This document shows positions 41,400-56,349 of a DNA stretch of 64,000 nucleotides, one piece after another (the first letter of the stretch is position 1; each line of letters begins with the position of its first letter). The stretch is taken from contig NC_042999.1 of the NCBI RefSeq assembly GCF_006345805.1, positions 14,074,001-14,138,000 on the forward strand, in the 5' to 3' direction. The DNA is from Octopus sinensis (Eukaryota). A program made the translations under genes and the position numbers. Below the pieces are notes generated by a model. The model was given only the letters and a program-made list of their open reading frames with translations. It ran no database searches and was not told the origin of the DNA.

Positions 41400-41735
41400 T
41401 TAATGAATGCTATATACATGTGTGTGTGTATGGGTGTATATATATACATACATACATATATATACACACATACATATATATATAGATATAAATACATATA
41501 TGGATGGATTTGTATATATATTATATATATACGTATAAATATATTTATTTGTATGTATGTGTATATATGTATATGTATATATACATACACACACATACAT
41601 ATATATATGTATGTGTGTATGTGTCAGTGCATACATAGCTATACACAAATACAAATTTATAGATGTGTTTGAATATGTGTGTGTATGTGTGTGCATACAT
41701 GCACGGTCGTGTGTATGTGTGTGTGTGTTTGTGCT

Positions 41736-41775
<40 letters not shown>

Positions 41776-41866
41776 TGCATACTTTATAATTAAACTCTAA
41801 AAGCTGATTATCTCTGTTTAATCTTTCTGTTGCTATTGCCGTTGTTATCGCCATAGTATTAGCTCT

Positions 41867-41897
<31 letters not shown>

Positions 41898-42163
41898 AAT
41901 TAGTAGTAGTAGTGGTTATTTTTGCTGTTGCTTGTGGTGGTGGCTGTAATGGTGTTTTGTTTAGATTTTATTACTCATGTTCATTAACATGTTGCTATTG
42001 TTGCTGTTGTTGTTGTTTTACTATTGCAATTAATGTTGTTTTAAACTATTGTTGTTGTTGTTACAATTTCTGGCTGTTTTTGCTGTTATTATTGCAGCTT
42101 GCTTTGAAGTTATTTGTTGTCAATGGTATTTTGTTTCTTTCATATATATTCATATATAACAAG

Positions 42164-42231
<68 letters not shown>

Positions 42232-42243
42232 TATATATATATA

Positions 42244-42279
<36 letters not shown>

Positions 42280-42706
42280 TGTATATGTATATATATGTAA
42301 ATATACGTATATGTATATATATATATTATATATATATACACACACAACATATATAAATGTATATTATATATATGTGTATTATATATCTATATATACACCA
42401 CACATATATATATATTTACATATATATATGTATACATACATATATATATATTTACATATATATATGTATACATACATATATATACATATATGTATATATG
42501 TATATATATATATATATATAATATATACATATATATATATATATATACATACATACATATATATACATATATTACATACATACATACATATATACACACA
42601 TGCATATACATGTGTGTATATATATATAATATATACATATAATATATATATATATACATATGTATGTATTGTGTGTATATATACACACACATATATTATA
42701 TGTATG

Positions 42707-42778
<72 letters not shown>

Positions 42779-42840
42779 CATACATACATACATATACATA
42801 TATATATATATATGTATATGTATATATATGTAAATATACG

Positions 42841-42884
<44 letters not shown>

Positions 42885-43248
42885 TATATAAATGTATATT
42901 ATATATTGTGTATTATATATCTATATATACACACACATATATATATATTTACATATATATATGTATACATACATATATATATATTTACATATATATATGT
43001 ATACATACATATATATACATATATGTATATATGTATATATGTATACATACATATATATACATATATGTATATATGTATACATGCATACATACATATACAT
43101 ATATATATATATATACATACATACATATATACACACATGCATATACATGTGTGTATATATATATATATAATATATACATATAATATATATATATATACAT
43201 ATGTATGTATTGTGTGTATATATACACACACATATATGTATATGTATG

Positions 43249-43285
<37 letters not shown>

Positions 43286-43928
43286 TATATATATATATAT
43301 ATATGTTTATATATACATATATGTATATGTATATAAATCATTATTTAAGTTATTCTATTGTTTATTGTTGTTATTGTTGTTGTTAATGTTGTTGCCGCAA
43401 TTTGTTAGTGTTTGGATCTTTTTAAGTCTTCTTGACATTCACAATGATGCTGATGATATTGCTGTTGCTTCCTGTTACCATTGATGTTGTTGTTGTTGTT
43501 GTTGTTACTGCTGCAGCAATTAAATTAGTTTTCTTTACTATTGTTGTTGTTGTTGTTGTTGTAGTTACTATGGTTACTGCTATTGCTGTTGTTTAACCCC
43601 CATGTCATGCCTGGTTGAGGAAATCTGTTGATCAAAAGCCCTCCATGGCCATCCTGCCTTTTCACAGATATCCAGGACTCCATTATATAATTCTTTTATT
43701 TTTTCCCTTGCTTCAGTCATTGGAATGTGGCCATGCTGGGGCACCACCTTAAAAGGTTTAGTTGAATAAATTGAGTCCACTATTTATGTCTGGTACTTAC
43801 TACATCAGTCTCTGTCTTGCTATACTGCTAAGTCATGAGGATATACATAAACACAAACACAAGCAGATATATGCATACACATGCATATATGTATATACTG
43901 ATGCAATTCGCACACGCGCGTGTATATA

Positions 43929-43979
<51 letters not shown>

Positions 43980-44350
43980 GCCTACAAATACATGTACATA
44001 CATACATATATATATACAAATACACATAAATATACATGCATGCATGTAGATGTATACATGCTCATATACATACATATAGACATATAAATGTATGTGTGTC
44101 ATCATCATCATCATTATTGTATATATATATACACACACTCACACACATATATATATACACATATATATATACACACATATACATATATATACACATATAT
44201 ATACATACATAGATATATAAATACATACATACATACACACACACACACATATATATATATATGCCTGTACATATATGCATACATATAGACATACACATGC
44301 ACAAATGCATATTTATACACTCACACACACACACATACACACACACACAC
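41400..44350. repeat. Extended compound (AT)n/(ATAC)n/(GTT)n/(AGT)n microsatellite region with internal duplications
   Basis: Direct inspection. Confidence 0.95.
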
Positions 44351-44666
44351 ACACAAAACAAGCACATGTGAAAAACCCCATTCCCTTTCCCCACATACTC
44401 TCTTCTCCCCAACAAGAATTTTCAACATTATCAGTTTGAAGATATTTAAGTATTAGGCTTTATATGATTTGAAAATATTTTTGAGGCACATTTGCTCATT
44501 TGTTGTGTATAATTATTGCCTCATTATTTCTGATTGCCTGCATGATAGGCATTGTAGCATCATCCAGTTGCTAAATCTTTAAATCAACTGCACAGGACCA
44601 TCTTTATCTTGCAACTTGAAAATTTATATTAACATTACATATCCATGACGTTAAATATATGTTAAA

Positions 44667-45319
44667 TCACTGTCAGCAGTGATTTGCGTTGGACAAAGCA
44701 TATCTCTAAGATTGTCAGGAAGGCCGAGGGTGTCTTGGCATCACTCAGCAGGTCTTTTGTTAGCCGCTCTCCAGCCATCTATTTAAAACTGTATACAGCT
44801 ATGGTACGACCACACTTGGAATTTGCATCATCAGTTTGGAACCCCTATCTTGCACAGAACATTGACCTCCTGGAATCTGTCCAGAGACGTGCAACCAAAC
44901 GCATACCCTCCATCAGACACCTACCATATTCTGAGCGCCTTGTTTCCCTGGGCATGGATTCACTGAAGCTCCGGTGTCTGGCGACGGACTTGGTAAACAC
45001 CCACAAAGTTATCAACCACCTCACCAACAACAACACTGAACACCTTTTTGATCTCCATGTGTCTAACACACGTGGACATGCCTACAAAGTCAGAAAACAA
45101 TACAGCTCTCATGACTTTCGGAAACATTTTTTCACGCTCAGAGTTGCTGAAGCATGGAATAAACTGCCTGCGTCAGTTGTTGACTGCCATGACACTGCAT
45201 CTTTTAAGGCCCTCATGCTTTCCGAAATCCGCCGAAACTACACCTGATTATATATACACTTTAGATGAGTTGTAGTGCACCTGAGCACTGTACACAATTA
45301 TTATTATTATTATTATTAT
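44667..45319 (+). mobile_element. Young 5'-truncated CR1-clade LINE (ORF2 C-terminus open for 187 codons) with (ATT)n tail
   Basis: LYTAMVRPHLEFASSVWNP...LESVQRRATK...YSERL...TRGH...RKHFF.LRV..AWNKLP. Confidence 0.9.
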
Positions 45320-45385
45320 AAATAAAATGAGACAACAAAGCCAAGGTTGTGTGGAATTTTCAGGACATTTATAAAGAGAAAGCTA

Positions 45386-45433
45386 GTCTTACAGCTACTT
45401 CTAGGATATTAGGGATATCCCTTCATCAGAGAC
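45386..45433 (-). ncRNA. Type I hammerhead motif of a third family, with stem III mutated
   Basis: Minus strand GTCT-CTGATGA-A-GGGATAT(CCCTA)ATATCCT-A-GAAG-TAGCTG-TA-AGAC. Stem I GTCT/AGAC is perfect; inferred consensus is GAAACAGCTGTA. Confidence 0.65.
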
Positions 45434-46830
45434 AATGTGAAATGGTTAAATAGTGGGAAATGTAGAATTCAATATAAGGTGTTATTTTGGGAAAGGATGG
45501 AAGTAAAGAATATAGAGGGAAATAGGAGAATGAAAGTATGGTCTTTCCATAGCACTTACATAGTGTTACCTGCCATCTTGTGTCTTCTGGATACCAATGC
45601 CTCTCATACCTTTGTTTATGTGTATATTATATATATATATAGGAGAGGAAAAATTATAATGAGGCAGAATGCTAAATTGAAAGTAAATTTTAATAAAAAT
45701 GGGTGTATAAATATATATATATATATATCAATGGAAATTGTAGCTGTGATACCAGTGCCGGTGGCACATAAGAGAACAATCCAAATGTGGTTCTTGCCAG
45801 CGCCGCCCCGACTGGCCTCCGTGCCAGTGGCACATAAAAAGCACCATCCGATTGTGGCCGTTGCCAGCCTTGTCTGGCCCCCGTGCCGGTGGCATGTAAA
45901 AAGCACCCACTACACTCACGGAGTGGTTGGCGTTAGGAAGGGCATCCAGCTGTAGAAACACTGCCAGATCAGACTGGAGCCTGGCACAGCCTACAGGCTT
46001 CCCAGACCCCAGTTGAACCATCCAACCCATATGTATGTATATATATATATATGTATGTATATATATATATATATATAACTGTGGCTGTGTGGTAAGAAGC
46101 TTGTTCCGCAATCACATGGTTCTAGGTTCAGTCCCACTGTGTGGCATCTTGGGTAAGTGTCTTCTACTATAGCTTTGGGCCAACCAAAGCCCTCTGAGTG
46201 GATTTGGGAGATAGAAACTGAAAGAAGCCGGTCACATATATGTAGATATTGATATATGTATGTATATGTATGTGTGTCTGTATTTGTTTTACCATCATCG
46301 CTTGACAACTGATGTTGGTGTGTTTATATCTGCGTAACTTACCAGTTTGGCAAAAGTACTAGGCTTACAAAGAATAAGTCCTGGGGTCGATTTGTTTGAC
46401 TAAAGGCAGTGCTCCAGCATGGCCACAGTCAAGTGACTGACACAAGTAAAATGATAAAAGAATATATATATATATACTTATATATATATATACATACATA
46501 TATATTTCTCCATTTTCTTATTTGAATAAAAGAACACAAACTGGGTTTAACATTTTCTTCTTTTATACCTATGCCATACCTGGAACGAACCCTGTGACAG
46601 GCCTGTGTTTATACTGGACTTGGTACCTATATGTCATCATAATTTAATATCTGTTGTCCATGCTGGTATGGGTTGATTGGTTTGATCAGCGCTGGCAATC
46701 ATATATACATACACTAACATAAATGACACCTAATGGTTGTTATAGCTTACTGTGAACTCAGTGTTATGGTACCTAGCCATTTCTGGCATCTTTCATATTG
46801 ATGTGCCTGGATTCTACTGAATCCTATAAC

Positions 46831-46879
<49 letters not shown>

Positions 46880-46890
<11 letters not shown>

Positions 46891-47200
46891 CAAAGATCGA
46901 TTTCTTTGCCTGATTTTCGCTGCTATCTGATTTTGTTTTTATTATAATTCAGTTTTACCTTCACAGATCTTTTAATTGTTTTATCTAAAATATGGATAAT
47001 TTTCTGAAATTCGATTATAACCAAAAGGCTTTTAGATAAAGTCAGTGTTGTTAAAACCATCTGCGGAAGAATCTTTTCTTCACTGACTTAATTAAATACT
47101 TGCTGTTCTGTCAACTCTTTAAGGTCTGTATATGTAAAAGCCTCATCATCAGCATGCAATAATTCTTTGACTATCTCCTGTATCAACTTCTAATCCCCTT
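46880..47200 (-). mobile_element. Tigger/pogo transposase C-terminal relic
   Basis: LEVD..EIVKELLHADDEAFTYTDLKEL-like segment with a frameshift. Confidence 0.45.
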
Positions 47201-47609
47201 CCCTGCACCGTCTACATAATACTGTTATTGACTGAAACCCTGTCATAAAGTTTTGAGCTACATTTTGCTCAAAATTATATTCTACTCTACAATGGTTTCA
47301 AATGTTGGCACAAGGTCAATAATTTTAAGGTCAGGGGTTGAGTCGATTACATCAACCCCCAATGCTCAACTGGTACTTATTTTCTTGACCCTGAAAAGAT
47401 AATAGGCAAAGTTGACTTCAGCAGAATTTGAACACAGAACATAATGAATCGGAAGAAATACCACCAGGCATTTTGTCTAACACCATCCTAAACTATAATG
47501 AGACTTATTTGCTTAATTTCTTCCTTTGCTTATATAATGTAATTTTGCCACAATTCTTAGGCAGTTGATAATTATCAGTCCCTGTAATAAACTAAATTAA
47601 AGCTTTCTT

Positions 47610-48680
47610 TTGGAAACACTTCTTCACATTCAGAATAGTCAAAGCATGGAATAATCTGTATATGGCTATGGTAAATCTACACAGAGTTTGCATCATCAGT
47701 CTGGAACTCCTAACTTGCACAGCATAACACTCTCCTGGAAACTGTTCAAAAATGTGCAACCAGGTGAGCAGGGCCAGATTAAAATCCATTGAGGCCCTAA
47801 GCACTTAAAAAATTTTGGAACCTCCATAAAAGACTATGTAATTCAAAATATAAACAATAACAAACGATAAAATAAAAGTTTATTTTTCAAAATGAAACAA
47901 AACAGTAAGAGAGAAAATAATGTTTATTTTTGTTTACTTCTTTATTTATATTTGAAAAATTTCTTTCTACTTTTTTGAATTGCAAAGTCTTTGATCAGAT
48001 CCTCAAAATTAACCTTAGGTAACACATCTGCATCTATACTCAGAAGAGATAATGGCATCTCAAATATTATTTTAGCAAGTTTGAAGTGATTTCTTTTGTG
48101 CCGTAAATCATTTACCATTTTTATGGTGCCTCCTCCTTCCTTTGATGCCCTAAGCACATGCTTATTTTGCTTAATGCTTAATCCAGTACTGCAGATGAGT
48201 ACCCACTGTCAGACATGTACAATAATCTGAATGTTTTACTTCCCTGAGCATGGACACATTAAAGCTCTGACATTTGGCAACTGATTTGGAAGACATCCAC
48301 AAAATTATCCACAATCTTTCCAACAACAACTTAGGGCAACTTTTTGAATTCTATTTATCTAACACTCATGGACATGCTTAGAAAATCAAAAAAATGACAT
48401 AGTATCCATGATGTTTGGAAACATTTTTTTCCATGCTCAGAATTGCTGAAGCATTGAATAAACTACCTGCATCTGTTCTTAGCAGTTAGAACACTACATT
48501 CTTCAAAACAGCCATGCTTCCTGAAATTCATCAACAATATACCTGATGTCTCCCACTTTTTTTTAACTGCCTCATTTACTGTCCCTTTCCTGTGTGTTAT
48601 TCTATGTGTTGTTCATGCACCTTTGGCTACTTGTTCTATGAGTTGTAGAGCACCTGAACATTGTATACCACAAGTTTTCA
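47610..48680 (+). mobile_element. Older diverged copy of the 44.7-kb CR1 family, split by a hAT insertion
   Basis: Aligns to 44800-45295 on both sides of 47769-48191. Confidence 0.8.
47769..48191 (-). mobile_element. Non-autonomous hAT (Tip100-like) deletion derivative
   Basis: Imperfect TIRs CAGGGCCAGATTAA / TTAATCCAGTACTG; 8-bp TSD CAGGTGAG / CAGATGAG; C-terminal dimerisation-like LSLLSIDADVL..VNFEDLIKDFAIQKSRKKFF. Confidence 0.8.
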
Positions 48681-48699
48681 TTATGCAACTATCCTTTAA

Positions 48700-48920
48700 C
48701 CCTTTTGTTACGGTATTTATTTTGAGATGCTCTGTGTTTCTTTCAATTACTTCAAATATAACAAAGAATTTAGTAAAATAACTTAGTTATCATTAAGCTA
48801 GTGTTAGGAACTTAAATTGTGACTAAGGTTTAATGGAAAATTTTAATTCGGAACTTATGAAAATGAGACATTTGTACTACAGAACCAGAGCTGGTTTCAG
48901 CCTGGTTGGTAACAAAAGGA
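48700..48920. mobile_element. piggyBac-type MITE, inverse copy of 23962-24181
   Basis: TTAA flanks at 48696-48699 and 48921-48924. Confidence 0.75.
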
Positions 48921-49509
48921 TTAAGGCAGTGAGATGGCAGAGCTGTTAGCACACCAGCTGAAATTCTTGGCAGTATTTTGTCCATCTTCCTATTCTGAGT
49001 TCAAATTCTGCTGGGGTCGACTTTACTTTCATCCTTTCAGGGTTGATAAATTAAGTACCAGTGAAACACTGGGGTCAATGTAATCGACTAGTCCCTTCCC
49101 CATAAATTTCAGGCCTTGTACCTTCAGTAGAAAGAAGTATTCAACTACTCTCATCTCTTTATTGCTGTCTAAATCCTGCACCCTTCAAAAATTCCATGGT
49201 TCATGAAGTCCGCCAATACTACCCCTGATGTACTTCTGCACCCTATTTTCTTTACGCTTCCTTTACTGTCCTCTTTTCTGTCCCTTATTCTGTATACTAT
49301 ACAATGTACTTTTGGCTGTCTTTATTCGACTTATTTGCCTGCTCTCTGGTTCCCTCTTTTAACCTTTTCTGATGTGTTGCAGTGCACCAGAACACCGTAA
49401 ACAATAAGCTCATTATAAGCTAATACACCTTGGAAACAGACATAACTCCCTGATCCACAGGTTTTAGTATCATGAAGAGGAAATGTAAAACAATGTATCA
49501 GTGCAGATG

Positions 49510-49636
49510 TACCCCTGTGTGTAGGTGGGCATACACACACACACACATATGTTAGGATATGTGAGGGAGTGTGTACATATACATACGCACACATATATGT
49601 ACATATGTGCCTATATATATATAAATTATATATATA

Positions 49637-49714
<78 letters not shown>

Positions 49715-50464
49715 GTATATATGTATGCATATATATATACATATGTATATGTATATATGTATATACGTATACATATCATAAATGTATATATGCATATACA
49801 TACATGCATACATATATACATACATATATACATACGTATGTACATACATACATCATACATACATACATGCATGCATAAATACATACATGCATACATACAT
49901 ACATACATGCATACATGCATACATGCATACATACATACATACATACACACACACATACATATATATATGCATACATTCAGACATATATACATACACGCCC
50001 CTACACATATATAAAAATATCACCATCATCATCACCTTCATTTTTCTATATAGACAAACCTATATATATACATATTAATACACACACACACACACACACA
50101 TTTATATGTGTGTGTGTATGTGTACATGCATGCATGCACTGATGTTAAAGTGGATCCAATGAAATTAAAAACAAACTGTGGGAGTCTGCATTGAAATTAG
50201 TGTGCATTCATTAACTTTGTATGTTTAGGATTAAATGGATTAAAGCTTTAATACTCTTAAAGTATGTTTTATGCTTAAAAATAATCATTTTAGTCTATAT
50301 GATTAAAATGTCAATTTAGTCTCTAGTCCCTACTTTCCTCTTAGCTTCCATCCGTCTCTTCTTTTCTTCATCGCTTTCTTCTTACGAAAATGTGCATGTG
50401 TGTGTATGCATGTGTGCGTATGCCTTATCTGTATATATGTGTGGTGCATAGTGTGTGTATACAA

Positions 50465-50498
<34 letters not shown>

Positions 50499-50601
50499 GT
50501 GTGAGAGAGTGTGAGAGAATATATAGGCATGCATGAAACTATATACATACATACATACATAGATACATAGATATACATACATACATACATACATACATAC
50601 A

Positions 50602-50635
<34 letters not shown>

Positions 50636-50760
50636 CATGCATGCATACATAAATACGTACATACACATATTCATATATATATATATATATATGTTTATAT
50701 ATGTATATGCACACGCATATTTATATGTGTATGTTTGTGTGTGTGTGCATAGTGTCTGTA
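49510..50760. repeat. Compound (AT)n/(ATAC)n/(GT)n microsatellites
   Basis: Direct inspection. Confidence 0.95.
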
Positions 50761-50883
50761 TACAATATATGTAAATATATTTTATTAGCAGCTCTAAAAT
50801 CAATACTTATGCAATATTGCCCCATCCACTCATAGAATATTTATAATTGTTCGTAAATACATACATACATGCATATGTATATA

Positions 50884-52174
50884 CAGGGTGCAGTGAATAA
50901 ATTGTCGTCTAAATTACATGAAAATGAAAGTAACACTTACATCTCATTTTAACAAATATGTTTACCAAAATTACATAAAAATATCTTGAAATACTAAAGA
51001 GTAAGTTTAATCAATAAAATCATATTTTGCTTCAACCACGGCCTCCAGACGACTTCGAAATCTCCTGTGACTCTTCTGGACATGCTCCTTGTTTAAGTCG
51101 ACGAATGCTGCTATAATCCTTGCCTTCAGTTCATCTTTGGTGTTTCAAGGAATTTTGTTGGTCGCTCACTCAACTGAACCGCCACACGTAATAACCAAGG
51201 GGATTGCAGTCTGGGGATAGTTAGGTGGCCAGATTTTAGGGGTGATGTGGTCACAGAAATTGTCTGACAGCCATGATTGGGTTTTCCTGCTTGTGTGGCA
51301 TGATGCAGTGTCCTGTTGCCAGACATAAGGTCTTTCAGCAGCCACCCTCTTGACCCAGGGCAGCACTACCTCCTCCAGGCACTTGGCACTTGATGTAGGC
51401 CTCCGTATTGAGTCTGCAGCCATATGAAAAGATGATTGGAGGCATAATGTCACCATCACAAGTGATCACTCCAAACACCCTGATGTTGACTGGATGCTTG
51501 AATTTTACCACTCTCGGTAGATCTTTTGGGGACACAGTTGGTCTGAGTGTTCACTATTTGATCCTGGCAGAAAATTTTCTCATCTGAAAAAAGCAAAAAA
51601 ACAAAGCATGTTCATTTGGAAGGGATGATTGAGTTTATTCAACAGCTTCATAGCATGGTCTTTCCTCTTGTCCTTGATATCTTCAGATAAAAATTTGCCC
51701 TTTCCCATCTTGTATGAGGAATACTGAATGTCTTCGTGTACTACCTGCCTGATAAGAAACTGAGTCTCTCTCATGTCCCTGACACTGGAGGGATCGTTGT
51801 CAATCATGGGCTGGATCTCACCAATAAATTCAGGTGTTCTTTTCTCATCAGAATGATCAGAGTGAATTTTCTGAGTAGCTGTACCTTTGTAATCACCATT
51901 AGACTCATCCAATTCTTTCTGAATCATCTGCACTGTCTTCAGATTGATATCCAAACACTCTGAAATGTTCGTATTAGTGCTTCTGGCTCGAATGCCAAGC
52001 AGTACAGTATGTCGTTTCCAAATTTCTGGCAGAGTGAATTGCATCATGGGGCTATTTTTCTCACAGATGGTGCCCAACTGACCCTACTATATTGTGTAGT
52101 CGACAAAATCAAAAAGAACGTGCATGCTTGAAATTAAAAATGTATAATATCAACAATTTAACCATCACACCCTG
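50884..52174 (-). mobile_element. Full-length but decayed maT (DD37D, Bmmar1-like) Tc1/mariner transposon
   Basis: TA|CAGGGTG.......TAAATTGTYG TIRs with TA flanks; FSDEKNF; WQQD followed by 37 residues to WPPN(S)PDCNPL(D to G)YYVW after a frameshift. Confidence 0.85.
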
Positions 52175-52212
52175 TATATATATGATAATGATGATGATGA
52201 TGATGATGATGA

Positions 52213-52246
<34 letters not shown>

Positions 52247-52589
52247 TCTTCATCATCATCATCATTATCGCTTAATGTCCGTTTTCCATGTTGGCATGGG
52301 TTGGACAGTTGACTGAGGTCTGGAAAGCCAGCAGCTGCATCAGGCTCCAGTATGATCTGGCAATGTTTCTACAGCTGGATGCCCTTCTTAATGCCAACCA
52401 TTCTGAGAGTATAGTGAGTGCTTTTTATGTGCCACTGGCACAGGAGCCAGTGAGGCAGGCCTGGCATCGATCACATTATGATAGTGCTTTTTAGGGACTA
52501 CCAGCACGGGAGCCAGTCTTTTATATTTCCCTAGTGTTGGCCAGAGGTTGAGGCCATGCTGGAGCACTGTCTTTTGGTGCTTTTGGTCT

Positions 52590-52810
52590 CTTTTCAGTAT
52601 TGCTTTTGATGAAAAAGTGAGTTAGATGGAGCTGCTCTTCTTTGTGCCTCCTGCCATGATGTGGACTCATCTTGGATTTCAAACAGAAATTTGTCTAGGT
52701 GCTTTTTGAATGTTTCCACCTCTACACCTTGCAGATCTCTTAGGTTCCTTGGCAGGATGTTAAACAGTTGTGGTCCATTGAAACCCGTGCTGTTGTAATA
52801 CTGGCTCTCA
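52590..52810 (-). mobile_element. LINE ORF2 C-terminal relic (CR1/L2 group)
   Basis: GPQLFNILP..LRDL...FKKHLDKFL..IQDE...RAAPSNSL. Confidence 0.6.
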
Positions 52811-53149
52811 TACATACAGCCTTTCATGCATCCACACATACATACAAGCATACATATTTGTTTATTATCTTTGATTGATTGAAAGTTACCAAAAGTGACT
52901 CAGAGGATGAGTGTTTCATGTATGCCACTTACAAGAATGACATCAAATCAGAGATCTTATTTTATTTTATCTATGTTCTGTATTGAAATTTTGATGAAGG
53001 GTCCTTAAGCACACTTTCACCAACCCACAAATACAGAATGGTGACTGGAGCATATTTTCCAAATGATGCAAGCAGCAAATAAATGGTGTCAAGCCAGGCC
53101 AACAGAAAGTTTCCTCCGCTTAGTGACAAAACATGTATTTATGTATAAA

Positions 53150-53403
53150 TACACATTCATGGAGATATGCACACATGCACATGCGCAGACACACACGCAA
53201 GCAGAAATATGATCAAATAGCTTAATGAAGCATCTTGCATGTGTATATGCGTATATATCTACTGTGACAGAGCAGCTTTAGGTTTAGAAATGAAGCAACA
53301 TACATACATACATCATACATACATACATACATACATACATACATACATACATACATACATACAACCATACATACATACATACATACATACAAACATACAT
53401 ACA

Positions 53404-53436
<33 letters not shown>

Positions 53437-54161
53437 GCATACATACATACATATGTACATATACATACATATATACATACATACATATATACATACATAC
53501 ATATATGCATACATACATACACATATACATGCGTACATATATATACTTGCATGCATACATGCATAAATACATACATAAATATATGCATACATATATACAT
53601 GCATACATACATTGATTCATGCATACGTGCATTCATACATACACACACATACATACTTACACACATACATACACATATGCACATACATACATACATACAC
53701 AGAACCTACATACATACATACATACACACATGTACACATACATACATACATACACACATACATGCACACAGACACATACATACACACAGACACCTACATG
53801 CATACATATACACATACATACACACATGCACACAGACACATACATACACAGACAACTACATACATACACACACACATGCACACAGACACATACACACACA
53901 CACAGACACCTACATAGATACACACACACATACATAAATGGATACATTCATGCATACATACAAACATACATACGTGCAATACATGTATTAGAAAGATGTT
54001 GATCATGATAATGATGATGATGATGACAACGACGACAACGATGGCGATGATGATGATGATGATAGTGTTGACACAAACACACACACGCATAAGCAAATAC
54101 ACACTCATATATGTATATATGTATGTTTATACATGTGTGCGTGTGTATGTATGTATGTGTT

Positions 54162-54200
<39 letters not shown>

Positions 54201-54350
54201 ACACAAAGGACTTATACGTAGAAGGGGAGGGAAAACTTCGAGCAAAAATGATGTAAATCATGAACTTCAAAAGAATACACACACACACACACACCATCGC
54301 ACACACACACACCATCGCACACACACACACCATCGCACACACACACACCC
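53150..54350. repeat. (ATAC)n/(AC)n/(GAT)n microsatellites
   Basis: Direct inspection. Confidence 0.95.
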
Positions 54351-55882
54351 GTTGCCTTTTGATATTAAATGTTGTTCTTTCTTTACACTATAAAATTAAT
54401 TACTTTGTAGTCCTGTTTGTCTCCTTTGTTTTGTTTTATTATTATATTTTTTCCATGTTTTGAAAATCTTATTAAATACATCTAATACCTTTTTGTCGAG
54501 AAAAACAAAATACCATCGTATTAAGATAACAGAGAATTGTTTGCATCAGTGCATACTTTAAATGTAGTTTCTTCATTTTGTAATTAATTATATTGTGAAA
54601 TTATATTAAATACTATAAACGCTGATGGTACCAATGGAAACAGAGTTCAAATTACATCATTGGTCCTGTTTTAATTTTCTGTCTTGGATTAGTGTTTGTA
54701 ATATTTAATACCAATTCTGTGATTAAGGCGGTGGACTGGCAGAATCATTGAATGCATGCTGGATAAAATGCTTAGCAGCATTTCATTTGTGTTAACATTT
54801 TGAGTTCGAATGCCATTGAGGTTGAGTTTGCTTTTAATCCTTTTGCAGTTGATGAAATAAGTACCAGTTGAGTACTGGGTTCAATGTAATGAGCATAATC
54901 CCTTTCCCCAAATTGCTGGCCTCGTGCTAAAATTTGAAACGAAAGCATGTTACTTTTACTAAAAGAATGTAATTATTAAAGTCTACCCTGTCTAGAAAAT
55001 TCTTAAAAATTCCAATTCTTTGAGTAAGGTGGTGAGCTGACAGGATTGTCACCATGCTTAGCAGTATTTCTTCTGACTTTACATTCTGAATTCAAATACT
55101 GCCTGGGTTGATTTTGCTTTCTTCAGTTCTGAGTTGATACCAATAAGTACCAGCTGAGCACTGGGGTTATAGTAATTGACTCCCCCCACCTGGAAATATA
55201 CCAGCATTTGAAACTAATATCAATTCATTGAAAATGCATGCATTAAGTCTCCAATTACTCAAAATAAAAATAAACCAATGAGGAATACTCTACAGTATAT
55301 GGTTACTTGTCACTCTATAACTGAGTCAATTCCCTCTCAGTTCATGTCCTACAATCTTATAAAAGAAATGATATAGCAGAGAAAGTAATCCTAGATATGT
55401 TTAAAAGTGGGATGGCCATAGTTAGAATGCCTTTGATCATATTCTTATTTGATCATGGCTAAACATCAGCAAAACTAAACCAGAGTAATATAATAGGTGT
55501 ATCATACAAAAAATTGTATTTTATTTTTTGATTTTGATTTCAATTATATCTTCATCTACTTGGTGTTTAAGAGGAGTTCTGAGTAAATAGTGTAGTAGCC
55601 AACTAGTCAACTATTTCTAATTATGTCACTAACACTCTGGTGTGTCCATTAATAAGAAAGTTCATTCTTAAATAGCCTGAGTCTATTTCATAGTAAGAGA
55701 TAAATCAGTGTAAAAAAAAAAATTAAATTAATTGTCCACTATAAGCAGTGGGAACACTGTAAAATAGACAAGTGCTTGAGTAACTTGTAGATTAAGTCCT
55801 ATAATGAGAAAGCTTCTACGGGTCACTCTAAATTGTTAAAAATAACAGCTAAATCTCTCCCAAATTACATGTACAGTTTTAA

Positions 55883-56349
55883 TCCTTTAATATTTAAACT
55901 GACAATATCTATTTCTTTACTACCCACAAGGGGCTAAATACAGAGAGGACAAACAAGGACAGACAAACGGATTAAGTTGATTATATCGACCCCAGTGCGT
56001 AACTGGTACTTATTTAATCGACCCCAAAAGGATGAAAGGCAAAGTCGACCTCAGCGGAATTTGAACACAGAATGTAGCGGCAGACGAAATACTGCATAGC
56101 ATTTCACCTGGTGTGCTAATGATTCTGCCAGCTTGCCACCTTAATCTGACAATATCTGGCTGAAATTTTCTACCTGTTTTACATTCAAACTGACGAGATT
56201 TGGCTTCTCACACTTACCATAAAATGTCATTGTAAAAATAAACGGTTACATCATCAAAATCTTGAAGCTTTGAGCTAACGCATGATCAATTCAAAACAGT
56301 GTGAATAAATAAACAAGACCTTTGATAGAGAAATCTGAATGTTAAAGGG
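55883..56349. mobile_element. piggyBac-type MITE containing a nested family B SINE (55911-56145)
   Basis: TTAA flanks; ends AAAGGG|TTAA; SINE TSD CTGACAATATCT at 55899-55910 and 56146-56157. Confidence 0.75.
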
